DNA of 63,846 nt, counting the filler, from Limisphaerales bacterium (lineage in GTDB: Bacteria; Verrucomicrobiota; Verrucomicrobiia; Limisphaerales; SIBE01), in NCBI GenBank assembly GCA_044225505.1. It is 3 parts of 3 records of this genome, joined end to end, with 100 filler letters (N's around TTAATTAATTAA, not from the genome) between each part and the next. Parts side by side here need not be neighbours in the genome. Positions count along the whole stretch, not along the records: positions 1 to 24,905 come from JBGAIN010000124.1; positions 25,006 to 49,643 come from JBGAIN010000125.1; 1 more part is not named here. One strand, 5' to 3'. Positions 18,240 to 26,600 of this stretch are shown piece by piece. The notes beneath the pieces are model-generated. The model saw nothing but the letters and a program-made list of their open reading frames with translations, had not been told where the DNA came from and did no database searches. The translations under genes were made by a program, and so were the position numbers. Numbering within the stretch: the stretch's first letter is position 1; each line of letters starts with the position of its first letter.

Positions 18240-18866
18240 ATGGTCGCCATTGATAGCCTCGTCTCGCTGAGAGTCCGCTTGCCCGCTTCTACCTGGCGTC
18301 TGTTGACCGGGCGCGCTCGCACTCGCCGTGTCAGCATCGGGACCTATGCCGACATGGCCTGGCGCTACCAGTGGCACGAACGCGCTCCTGTTCAGATTCC
18401 CATGGGGCCGCCCGTGGAAGCGGAGCGGGAACCGGTCTATTTTGAGTTGGAGATCCCGCGCCGGACGAAGGAACGACTTGCGGATTGGAGTCAATCGCGC
18501 CAATCCAGTATTGCGGCGTTCTCAGGACTTGTTTTGGAAGGCTTTGTCGACCGATACCCACAAGATCCCAGGGATCTCGTCATGATCCATTACCTGGTCT
18601 CAAAGCTCGAGCATGCCGGTGTGCTGACCTTGAATGATCTCCGGCAGGCGGTGGCTCGGTGCGAAACCAACCAGGCGGTGCGCTTGCCTCCCGGATACTT
18701 GGGCAAGTGGCTCTGGCAGCGGATTCGTTCCGTCTCCTCCACGGTGAATATCGCGGGATCCATGGTCGAGTTGACCATGGAGGTTGTGGACGGGGTCCTG
18801 CGTTCAAATGTCCATGCCCATCCTCCCAAGGATGTCCGGACTCAGGCCGGCGAGGCGCGAGATTGA
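18240..18866 (+). CDS. Hypothetical protein with two ribbon-helix-helix-like segments
   Basis: VSLRVRLPASTWRLLTGRARTRRVSI and VYFELEIPRRTKERLADWSQSRQSSIAAF. Confidence 0.6.
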   Translation: MVAIDSLVSLRVRLPASTWRLLTGRARTRRVSIGTYADMAWRYQWHERAPVQIPMGPPVEAEREPVYFELEIPRRTKERLADWSQSRQSSIAAFSGLVLEGFVDRYPQDPRDLVMIHYLVSKLEHAGVLTLNDLRQAVARCETNQAVRLPPGYLGKWLWQRIRSVSSTVNIAGSMVELTMEVVDGVLRSNVHAHPPKDVRTQAGEARD

Positions 18867-18900
18867 AGGCGCGTTCAGAACGTCTTGGCCATTGGCATGG

Positions 18901-19854
18901 CTAGGCGCCGCTGGATGGCGCTGCGTTCCCGACGTTCGAAGTTTCCCGCCAGAATAGCAGGGCCGCAAGTGTTGCCCAAACGAGATATATCAAAAAGACC
19001 AGCAGCGCCGCCGCCACTGCGTCGCTGGCTGGAATGGAGTACATCCCCAACAGAACCAACGCCGCGCTTTCCCGCAGGCCGACGCCCGAAAAAGTCACGG
19101 GCGCAGACGTAACCAAGGAAATCACCGGGAAGATCCAGAGGACGGCGGCGGCTGAGAAAGGCGTTTGGCAGACGGCGTGCAAACAACAGAGGAAGACCCC
19201 GGCAACGCACAAGTGAGCGAGAACTGCCAGGGTCACCGCTTGGATGGCCACGCCTGGGGTTCGGCAGAACTGGCGCAAGGTTTTCATGAAAGTCTCGTGC
19301 ATCGCGGCCAACGACGGAATCCTCGTGAAGTGACCCCGGAACCGTATCAGGAGCAAGATTCCGACCGCGGCGGCGGCCAAGCCCCACCCGAACCGAGGCG
19401 ACTCCCAGAGCTTGGCTGCCCTTTCGGACCAACGCCCGCGCGTCAGCGCAAAGCCTGGGGTCAGCGCGATGAAGAGGAAGAATCCCACCCCTCCGAACGA
19501 TCTGTCGATCAGACACGTTGAGAGTATTGCTGGCGTTTTGAATCCGTAAGTGCGCGCGTAATAGGCGGCCTTGGCCAGGTCCCCACCGGTCGGGCCAAAC
19601 AATATCGTGTTGAACAGATGCCCGATCAAAACCGTCCTCAGCGTCGCGATTGCGCGTGTCTGAAACTGGTTCATGCGCAGGACCAGGTGCCAGCGCGCGG
19701 AGGCTAAGGCGAGAGCTGTTCCGAAACTGGCGCCGGCTCCCACCAGCCAAAGGGGCCGGGCGTGAGTCAGGGTGCGTCGCAGCGTCTGCCAGTCCACGTA
19801 ATGGACCACCCACGCCAGGCTCAACACGGAGAGAACGACGCATACACTCCGCAT
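18901..19854 (-). CDS. Lysylphosphatidylglycerol synthase TM-region / UPF0104 flippase-like membrane protein
   Basis: SARWHLVL, FNTILFGPTGGDLAKA, DR, PVTFSGVGLRE; multiple TM helices; start uncertain. Confidence 0.85.
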   Translation of the reverse strand: MRSVCVVLSVLSLAWVVHYVDWQTLRRTLTHARPLWLVGAGASFGTALALASARWHLVLRMNQFQTRAIATLRTVLIGHLFNTILFGPTGGDLAKAAYYARTYGFKTPAILSTCLIDRSFGGVGFFLFIALTPGFALTRGRWSERAAKLWESPRFGWGLAAAAVGILLLIRFRGHFTRIPSLAAMHETFMKTLRQFCRTPGVAIQAVTLAVLAHLCVAGVFLCCLHAVCQTPFSAAAVLWIFPVISLVTSAPVTFSGVGLRESAALVLLGMYSIPASDAVAAALLVFLIYLVWATLAALLFWRETSNVGNAAPSSGA

Positions 19855-20058
19855 CAAGGCCGGCAACGTTTTCGTGTGGGTCGTCAAACGGAGAGAGCAT
19901 GGGGTTCCTCGGCTCGGCGCGCAAGCAAGGCGTCCCATGTGCGCGCGGTCCTGCGCGTGTGGAAATGGCCGTGCGTCGCTTATTTGACATCCAGGGCGAG
20001 GCTCGCAATTATCCACACGGCCTTGATCGACGAACGGCCAGGCAGCTCTATCATACTT

Positions 20059-22530
20059 ATGCAAGATTTCGAGAAACTGGGCGTTTTTTATTTAGGCCGC
20101 CGGTTCGATCCCGAACAGCAAAAGACCAAGTCGGATCTCCTCCTTTTCGAATCCAGAAAACTAGTGACGCACGGGTTTATCGTCGGCATGACCGGGAGCG
20201 GCAAGACCGGTCTCGCTTGCGACCTGATCGAGGAGGCGGCGATCGATGGAATCCCTGCCATGGTCATCGATCCGAAAGGTGACCTTTCTAACCTGCTCCT
20301 GACGTTTCCGGACCTCCGTCCGGAGGATTTTGCCCCCTGGGTGAACGAAGACGATGCTCGCAGACAGGGCGTCGCGACGGACCAGTTTGCCGCGCAACAG
20401 GCCGAGTTGTGGCGGGCTGGCCTCGCCAAATGGGGACAGGACGGCGAACGGATCCGCCGCCTCCGATCCGCCGCCGAGATGCGGATTTATACCCCGGGGA
20501 GCAATGCGGGCTTGCCTGTCTCGATGCTGAGCTCTTTTGCCGCGCCGCCCGCCGCCATTGTCGAGGATCCGGAACTCTTGGAAGAGCGGATTGGTTCGAG
20601 CGTGGCAAGCCTTCTCGGGCTGATCGGCGTCGTCGCCGACCCAGTCAAAAGCCGGGAAACGATCTTGCTCGCGACGCTCCTGCAGAACGCCTGGTCTCAA
20701 GGGCGCGACCTTGACCTGGCGACATTGATTCGGGAAATCCAACAACCGCCCGTCAAAACGTTGGGGGTTCTGGAGCTGGAAAGCTTCTATCCGGCGAAAG
20801 ACCGGTTTGAGCTCGCCATGCAGTTGAATAACCTCCTCGCCTCTCCACGGTTTGCGGCTTGGATGAAAGGCGCTCCGTTGGATGTGGACAGCTTCTTTCA
20901 CTCTCCATCGGGCCGCCCGCGTGTCACCATCTTTTCCATCGCGCACCTTGGCGACGCGGAACGTATGTTCTTCGTGACCCTGCTCCTGAATCAGATTCTG
21001 GCCTGGATGCGCACGCAGTCCGGCACGACGAGCTTGCGAAGCTTGCTCTACATGGACGAGATTTTTGGCTACTTCCCGCCCGTCTCCAATCCGCCTTCCA
21101 AAACGCCATTGTTAACCTTGCTCAAGCAGGCGCGCGCTTACGGGTTGGGCGTGGTGTTAGCCACCCAGAATCCGGTGGACTTGGACTACAAAGGCTTGGC
21201 GAATATTGGCACGTGGTGCATTGGCCGGCTGCAAACCGAGCGAGATAAAGCCCGCCTGCTCGACGGTTTGGAAGGGGCCGCCGCAGGGCAGGGGACCTCC
21301 TTCGATCGCCGTAGCATCGACAGCCTGATCTCCCGTTTGAGCGGTCGCGTCTTTCTGCTGCATAGCGTGCACGCGAGCGAATTGGAACTATTCGAATCGC
21401 GGTGGGCAATGTCCTACCTGCGAGGTCCGCTATCTCGGGATCAAATCAAGCGCTTGGCTCAGAGCGCTCCCTCGACCGAGGGGGCAGCAACCGAACCGCC
21501 GGCAGCGGCGCCCGCCGGGACTTCGCCAGCCCCGGTAATGCCCAAGGCCGAAACCGCTCCGACCTCAAGCCCGCGCCCGAGCCGGACCAGGCCCGTTTTG
21601 CCGCCTGAAATAACGCAGGTGTCCGTGCCGGTTCGCGGCGCTGTCCCTGCGGGAGCCGCGCTGATCTATCACCCGCGGCTATTAAGTGCTGCGCAAGTGC
21701 GGTTCGTCGACGCCAAGAACCGGATCGACGCGAAACAAGAGACGCTCTTTCTGACCGAGGTGACTGAAGGCCCCGTGCCCGTGGAATGGAATAACGCGGA
21801 GGAACTTTCCATGACCGTCACTGACCTGGAAACCACGCTGGCAGACGGCGCGTTTGCATCGGTGCCAGCGGCTGCCGCGCAAGCGAAGAACTACGAGAAA
21901 TGGTCCAGAGACTTTAGCAACTGGATTTATGGGAGCCGCAAATTGACGGTGTTTCGGTCGGTGGAGACCGGTCTAACCTCGCGGCCTGGGGAGGAAGAAC
22001 GCGAGTTTCGCATCCGCTTACAACAGGTGGCGCGCGAGGAACGGGACAGCGTCGCGGAAAAGCTGCGTCAGAAATATGCTCCGAAGCTCGCGGCGTTGAA
22101 CGAGCGGCTGCGTCGCGCTCAAGCCGCTCGCGAACGCGAAGCGTCCCAAGCTACTCGGGCGAAGTTCGATACCGTGATCTCATTTGGGTCCACCCTCCTG
22201 GGAGCGTTTTTGGGACGTAAAGCTCTGTCCGCTTCCAATATTGGAAAAGCCGCGACCACTATGCGCAGCGTCGGGCGTTCCATGGACCAGGCCGGCGACG
22301 TCTCGCGTGCGGACGAAACGGTGGAAGCGGTGCAACAGCAACTCAACGCCTTGGAAGCGGAGTTTCAGGCGGAATCGGAGGGGCAAGGGAAAAAGGTGGA
22401 GGATCGCGCGACGGAGATCGAGCCCATCGAACTCTCTCCGACGAAAAGCAATATTCAGGTGAAACTGATCGCTTTGGCTTGGTTGCCTTTCTTCCTCAGC
22501 AGCAACGGCACGCTGGACCGCGCGGACTAG
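20059..22530 (+). CDS. HerA/FtsK-like P-loop ATPase (DUF87/DUF853-type) with C-terminal coiled coil
   Basis: Walker A GMTGSGKT, IDPKGD, Walker B LYMDE, ARAYG..LATQNP; start MQDFEKLG. Confidence 0.88.
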   Translation: MQDFEKLGVFYLGRRFDPEQQKTKSDLLLFESRKLVTHGFIVGMTGSGKTGLACDLIEEAAIDGIPAMVIDPKGDLSNLLLTFPDLRPEDFAPWVNEDDARRQGVATDQFAAQQAELWRAGLAKWGQDGERIRRLRSAAEMRIYTPGSNAGLPVSMLSSFAAPPAAIVEDPELLEERIGSSVASLLGLIGVVADPVKSRETILLATLLQNAWSQGRDLDLATLIREIQQPPVKTLGVLELESFYPAKDRFELAMQLNNLLASPRFAAWMKGAPLDVDSFFHSPSGRPRVTIFSIAHLGDAERMFFVTLLLNQILAWMRTQSGTTSLRSLLYMDEIFGYFPPVSNPPSKTPLLTLLKQARAYGLGVVLATQNPVDLDYKGLANIGTWCIGRLQTERDKARLLDGLEGAAAGQGTSFDRRSIDSLISRLSGRVFLLHSVHASELELFESRWAMSYLRGPLSRDQIKRLAQSAPSTEGAATEPPAAAPAGTSPAPVMPKAETAPTSSPRPSRTRPVLPPEITQVSVPVRGAVPAGAALIYHPRLLSAAQVRFVDAKNRIDAKQETLFLTEVTEGPVPVEWNNAEELSMTVTDLETTLADGAFASVPAAAAQAKNYEKWSRDFSNWIYGSRKLTVFRSVETGLTSRPGEEEREFRIRLQQVAREERDSVAEKLRQKYAPKLAALNERLRRAQAAREREASQATRAKFDTVISFGSTLLGAFLGRKALSASNIGKAATTMRSVGRSMDQAGDVSRADETVEAVQQQLNALEAEFQAESEGQGKKVEDRATEIEPIELSPTKSNIQVKLIALAWLPFFLSSNGTLDRAD

Positions 22531-22878
22531 GCAGCGGCTGAGCCGCTGCTTCTTCGCATCGACCGAAGGGTTGGAGGGAAGCGCGACCAGGTTCCAGGGC
22601 GAGACCCACAAAGTGGCGGCGGCGTCTCGCCCGTGGCTGGGAATTCCGGTGCTCCCTGGAGAATCCCAGAGCCGGTACGGCTCTGCCACTTTGATCCTGA
22701 CTCGGTTCTTGCCGGCACCTCACTCGTACGTCACGGGCAAGGCCACGCCTCAGCCGACCAGCCATTGCTGATCGAATCCGAAGGATCATTGCCCGAGCAG
22801 TTAACGACAAACGCTGGGAATTTATGGCCACGGTGGCGAAGCGTCAGCGGCTAAGAAAAAGTTCCAGGAGCCGAGTCA

Positions 22879-23001
22879 CGCCCCTGATCTGGACCAACCG
22901 CGGTGCAACGCCCATGCAAACACGGTGCAAGGCCGCTCACTGACCGGCGTTGCAGCGGCCTTGGACCGGCCTTGGACCGGCCTTGCCTCGAATGACCGCG
23001 G
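22879..23001. repeat. 123-bp dyad-symmetric element, copy 2 (GC-rich variant)
   Basis: CGCCCCTGATCTGGAC + CAACCGCGGTG CAACGCCCATG CAAACACGGTG CAAGGCCGCTC + ACT + GACCGGCGTTG CAGCGGCCTTG GACCGGCCTTG GACCGGCCTTG. Confidence 0.75.
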
Positions 23002-23270
23002 GCGTGGCCAGGCGCATTTGCCTCAGGAACAAGGATTCGAGTCCCAGGCTGGCCCCTCCTTCGTCGGGCAATCAGCAAGTGCTGATCGGACTGCAAGTGG
23101 CTCTCAGACAATGGTCATAAACCTATTTGGGAATTTCTGCCGGCAATTAGCGAAATCACGGCACTCGGTACCGACCGATTCGCACCGTCAGGCGATAGAA
23201 CGAGAATGGGATCGGAACCCCGCGACCGCCAACTTACAACTTCAGGGCTGACGCCGAGGCCTCCAATCCG

Positions 23271-23700
23271 ACGACCAATGGCGGTCGGAGTTGGGAATCC
23301 CAATCCGTAACGGTTCCGCCTGGCAACATCGTCATGGAGACCACCGTCTTCTTTCTCAACGCGACCCACGGATGGGTTGGGAATACGACCACCATTGGTT
23401 CGCGATCCGAAGAGATTCCACCGCTCTTGCGCACCACGGACGTTGGCAAGACCTGGTCCGTCGCCGGCCGTTGGCCTGGAAATTGGGTCTGCGACACTCA
23501 ATTCCAGGACGCGGACACTGGCTATTGTGTCGACATGGGCGGGATTTACTCGACGAAAGACGGTGGACGTTCCTGGCACAGGGAACTCGACAGCAACGCC
23601 GAGCCTCTCTGCCAGTTGGTGTCTGTGGGGCAGTCCCGTCGCTGGGTCTTAACGTCGACCGGCAACGTTTACACTTACAGCCCTAAACTCCACCTGGGAC
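23271..23700 (+). pseudogene. Fragment of a BNR/Asp-box (YCF48-like) beta-propeller protein
   Basis: In-frame Asp-boxes TTNGGRSW, RTTDVGKTW, STKDGGRSW; no signal peptide or full set of blades; reads into a mobile-element remnant. Confidence 0.65.
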
Positions 23701-23701
23701 G

Positions 23702-23892
23702 CATAGAATCGTCGTCAGACCACAGCGAGTGTTTCACGTGCGAGCAGGACGGAGGCTGGGTCTCGTCGGACGAATATGGCGCTTTTTCTGGCCTGGAAAA
23801 ATGGGCCATGCACTGGTTTTGCGCGCTTCGAAGGCCCTTAATCTTCTGCTGCCGAACTTCTTGTCGTGGTCCGACGAGGATGTAGGATGTAG
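23702..23892. mobile_element. MITE-like element with imperfect terminal inverted repeats
   Basis: Left CATAGAATCGTCGTCAGACCAC versus right (rev-comp) CCTACATCCTCGTCGGACCAC; right ~100 bp repeated at 24462-24565. Confidence 0.55.
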
Positions 23893-23893
23893 C

Positions 23894-23973
23894 AAGCTCT
23901 CCTCGGTCGGAATGCCGCGGTCCATCGCCCAAATCCGACGCGCTTTGCCATACGGCTTCTCCAACGCGTTCAT
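23894..23973 (-). pseudogene. IS1634-family transposase fragment
   Basis: EKPYGKARRIWAMDRGIPTEE resembles the DRG catalytic segment of IS1634-family transposases. Confidence 0.65.
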
Positions 23974-24461
23974 TCCTCGGATCCGTCGCGCCGACTGTCG
24001 TCCGCAATTTGCGGACGGGACACGCAGTCGCCATGCCGGAGCGCCGAGCGGAAATGCGGTCGCAAGGGATGCAGCCGTCGGTGCGCGATCGTGATTTGGT
24101 GACTTTTTGTCACCGCCCGATCTTCGGTTTGGGAACGGTCCGTTCCCAAACCATGCGTCGATTGGCCGATTTGTCGCACACTCTGTCAACAAATTGTTGT
24201 CAGCCTGCAGAAGGCATTTGCTGGGATGGTGCGGTAAACGAGTTTTAGAGGCACCTTAGTCCTTCCGCGCCAGCGTCTTGGGTGTGCCAGACCTCTGGCG
24301 CTTTTCCGTGCAGATGAGCCGGAAATGCCGCCTCCCTCTCGGATTCAACTTTTTGCCCCGTCCCACCCGGAGGCGGCCGCGGCCGCTCGTCCCCGCGTTT
24401 GTTTGACGGCAAAGCTCGAACTTCCGCCCGAATGCAGCGTGTGATAGGATCGACTCATGTC

Positions 24462-24565
24462 CCTGGAAAAATGGGCCATGCACCGGTTTTGAGCCGCTGG
24501 AAAACCCTTAATCTTCTGCTCCCGAACTTCTTGTCGTGGTCCGACGAGGATGTAGAGGATGTAGC
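24462..24565. repeat. ~100-bp direct repeat of 23792-23893 (IS/MITE end-like)
   Basis: Both copies share CCTGGAAAAATGGGCCATGCAC...CCCTTAATCTTCTGCT.CCGAACTTCTTGTCGTGGTCCGACGAGGATGTAG. Confidence 0.85.
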
Positions 24566-24746
24566 CGGCCTGCGGTCAGCCGCTGCACCGAAGCTTGGGC
24601 CCTACGACTTACCACGCCCGGCGCCAACGATGTTGCGCCTCGTCATTGGGTAATAATTGGAGCGCGGAATTTATTCTAATGCCATTCGGTAATTGCCTCC
24701 TGGCGCCCCGGATGGGGCAACTCGAGAATAGCTCGGCGTTTTAACG

Positions 24747-24905
24747 CTTGTCTTTACCCACAAATAGGTGTGCCATTTTGTCTCTTGTACTTTTTGTACT
24801 GATGCCTAAACTCGCTGGTCATGCAAAACTCTTTGCTGACCTGCGCGCAGTGGGCAGAACAACAATTTAGCTCGGTTGCTTTGGGCGATTGCCGGCGAGT
24901 TCGCC
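24747..24905 (+). mobile_element. Left end of an IS4-family (IS50/Tn5-like) element, truncated by the contig break
   Basis: End CTTGTCTTTACCCACAAAT resembles IS50-type ends; ORF from 24821 MQNSLLTCAQWAEQQFSSVALGDCRRVR fits the Tn5-type N-terminal WA..F....LGD.R motif. Confidence 0.8.
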
Positions 24906-25005
24906 NNNNNNNNNNNNNNNNNNNNNNNNNNNNNNNNNNNNNNNNNNNNTTAATTAATTAANNNNNNNNNNNNNNNNNNNNNNNNNNNNNNNNNNNNNNN
25001 NNNNN
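24906..25005. other. Artificial contig-joining linker
   Basis: N run + TTAATTAATTAA (stops in all six frames) + N run, 100 nt. Confidence 0.98.
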
Positions 25006-25007
25006 GC

Positions 25008-25229
25008 GAGACCGCCGATCGATTGGAGTTTCAGACGCTCGACGGCCGCGGACTGACTTTGAGGGTTTTCGGCGCCGCGAGCACGGTTTGGCGGATCCAG
25101 CGCGCCCCGGCCGTCACCGGTCCTTGGGCCGACGTCGGAACGCTCGTCCTGGACTCGCAGGGAGCAGGGCTCTTTCATGACCCCAACATCCCCTCCACCA
25201 CCGGCTTTTACCGAGCTGCGAGACCTTAG
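25008..25229 (+). CDS. C-terminal fragment of a probable secreted protein
   Basis: Open from the contig start; ends ...GPWADV...FHDPNIPSTTGFYRAARP*, resembling a C-terminal FYR-type domain of verrucomicrobial exported proteins. Confidence 0.65.
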   Translation, partial: ETADRLEFQTLDGRGLTLRVFGAASTVWRIQRAPAVTGPWADVGTLVLDSQGAGLFHDPNIPSTTGFYRAARP

Positions 25230-25656
25230 CGAAGCTGTTTTAGTCCAAAAAGCGGGTCGTTCAGGGAAGCGCCAAAACCACCCGCTTTGCAGCCCGATGG
25301 AACGTGCAACGGACAGTTTAGATGTTGTATTCCAGACGGTTAGCAGAGCGTCCGCAATTTGCGGACACGCTGAGCCCTGGCGTCGAAAGAAGTATTCCCC
25401 CACACTTAATTGCGGGGAATGGTTGACCTTTTGCACCTTATGGAAAATGTTAATGCTTAGCCCGAAACGAAATCTGGGGCTAGCAGGTGCAGGCAGTTCG
25501 CCGTCCTGCTTCGCCCAAGAGAGTAGGATCGGGCATTTTTTTATTTTGCCCGTCCAAGGATCGACTTGGCTATAAATAGTCGTTACCAAGAAAGATGCCG
25601 AATGGGTTCAGTACTGAGAGCAGCGGTGGCGAGTCCACGTAATCTCTCACTGCTCC

Positions 25657-25700
25657 ACGGACGCTGTGCAAAGTCTCCCTTTGGGCGTCCGTTTTTTGTT
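25657..25700 (+). terminator. Intrinsic terminator-like hairpin ending a structured non-coding region
   Basis: ACGGACGC...GCGTCCGT stem followed by TTTTTGTT. Confidence 0.65.
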
Positions 25701-25770
25701 CTCCCCCCACCGTGATCGATCGTTGGGTAGTTGCGGAAGATCCGCCGTGGTCGATCGCTGGAAACGCATG

Positions 25771-25893
25771 CGCTCTTGATTCATATATAACACGGATATA
25801 ACAGGGAATTAACACGGATATAACACGGCTCTCTTCCCTGTTATTTCCCTGAAATTTCACTGTTAAATCCGTGTTAAATACGCCCCACGAGCG
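25771..25893. repeat. 123-bp dyad-symmetric element, copy 3
   Basis: CGCTCTTGATTCATAT + ATAACACGGAT ATAACAGGGAA TTAACACGGAT ATAACACGGCT + CTC + TTCCCTGTTAT TTCCCTGAAAT TTCACTGTTAA ATCCGTGTTAA + ATACGCCCCACGAGCG. Confidence 0.9.
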
Positions 25894-26131
25894 CGTCCAC
25901 TCCATTCCCGCCAACCAGGAAACTGCATCGAACAAGATTGTAAGTCCCATCGCCAGAACAGCTTTTCGGAGAGTCCGCCATGCCCGCTCGAGGTCCTCCC
26001 CCCCACGTTGCAGGCGTGTTCCGCCGCTCACCAGCCGGCTTGCTCCCATCCCAGATTCTTGCTCTCATACGCTGGTTCCAGCCATGCAACGGCGCACCTT
26101 CCGACACTTGCGAGCTGCCACCGAAAGCGGC

Positions 26132-26449
26132 ATGCATCATTATGTCTATGTGGTTCTACTGGAATCGAAAGCAGCCAAACTAGCCAAAGTCCGGCGTGAA
26201 AACCCGCATCGCGATCCTCGAAAACCGGCGGTATACGTGGGGATGACCGGCCTGAAGCCGGAAGAGCGGTTTGAAAACCACAAAATGGGGATCAAATCCT
26301 CCCATGTCGTCGAACGCTACGGCGTCCGGCTGCTGCCAGAGCTTTATGAGTGGCTGAATCCGATGCCGTTTGCAGCGGCCGTCCAAATGGAGCTAGACCT
26401 CGCGGAAGATCTTCGTCGACAGGGATATACAGTCACAGGAGGGCATTGA
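26132..26449 (+). CDS. Stand-alone GIY-YIG nuclease-family protein
   Basis: HYVYVV...VYVGMT...ERFENH...E, 105 aa. Confidence 0.8.
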   Translation: MHHYVYVVLLESKAAKLAKVRRENPHRDPRKPAVYVGMTGLKPEERFENHKMGIKSSHVVERYGVRLLPELYEWLNPMPFAAAVQMELDLAEDLRRQGYTVTGGH

Positions 26450-26600
26450 TCACCCATGCTCCGCCACGCTCGCCGCATCCCCGCCCAGCCAGAACTCATC
26501 GCCCTGCGCAAACGGTTCACTCGCAACGCTCCCGTCGCATGGACCAAAGAGACGAGGATTTATGAATTTATCTTAATCCACAACTGTCCGATAATTAGAT

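Noticed and set aside
24906..25005. TTAATTAATTAA palindrome within N runs (also 49644-49743) and ORFs spanning it
   Set aside because: Artificial contig linker with stops in all frames; not biological.
25177..26049. ORFs 25177-25575 (+), 24954-25589 (-) and 25570-26049 (-) as proteins
   Set aside because: No recognisable motifs; they cross hairpins, a terminator and the repeat element.
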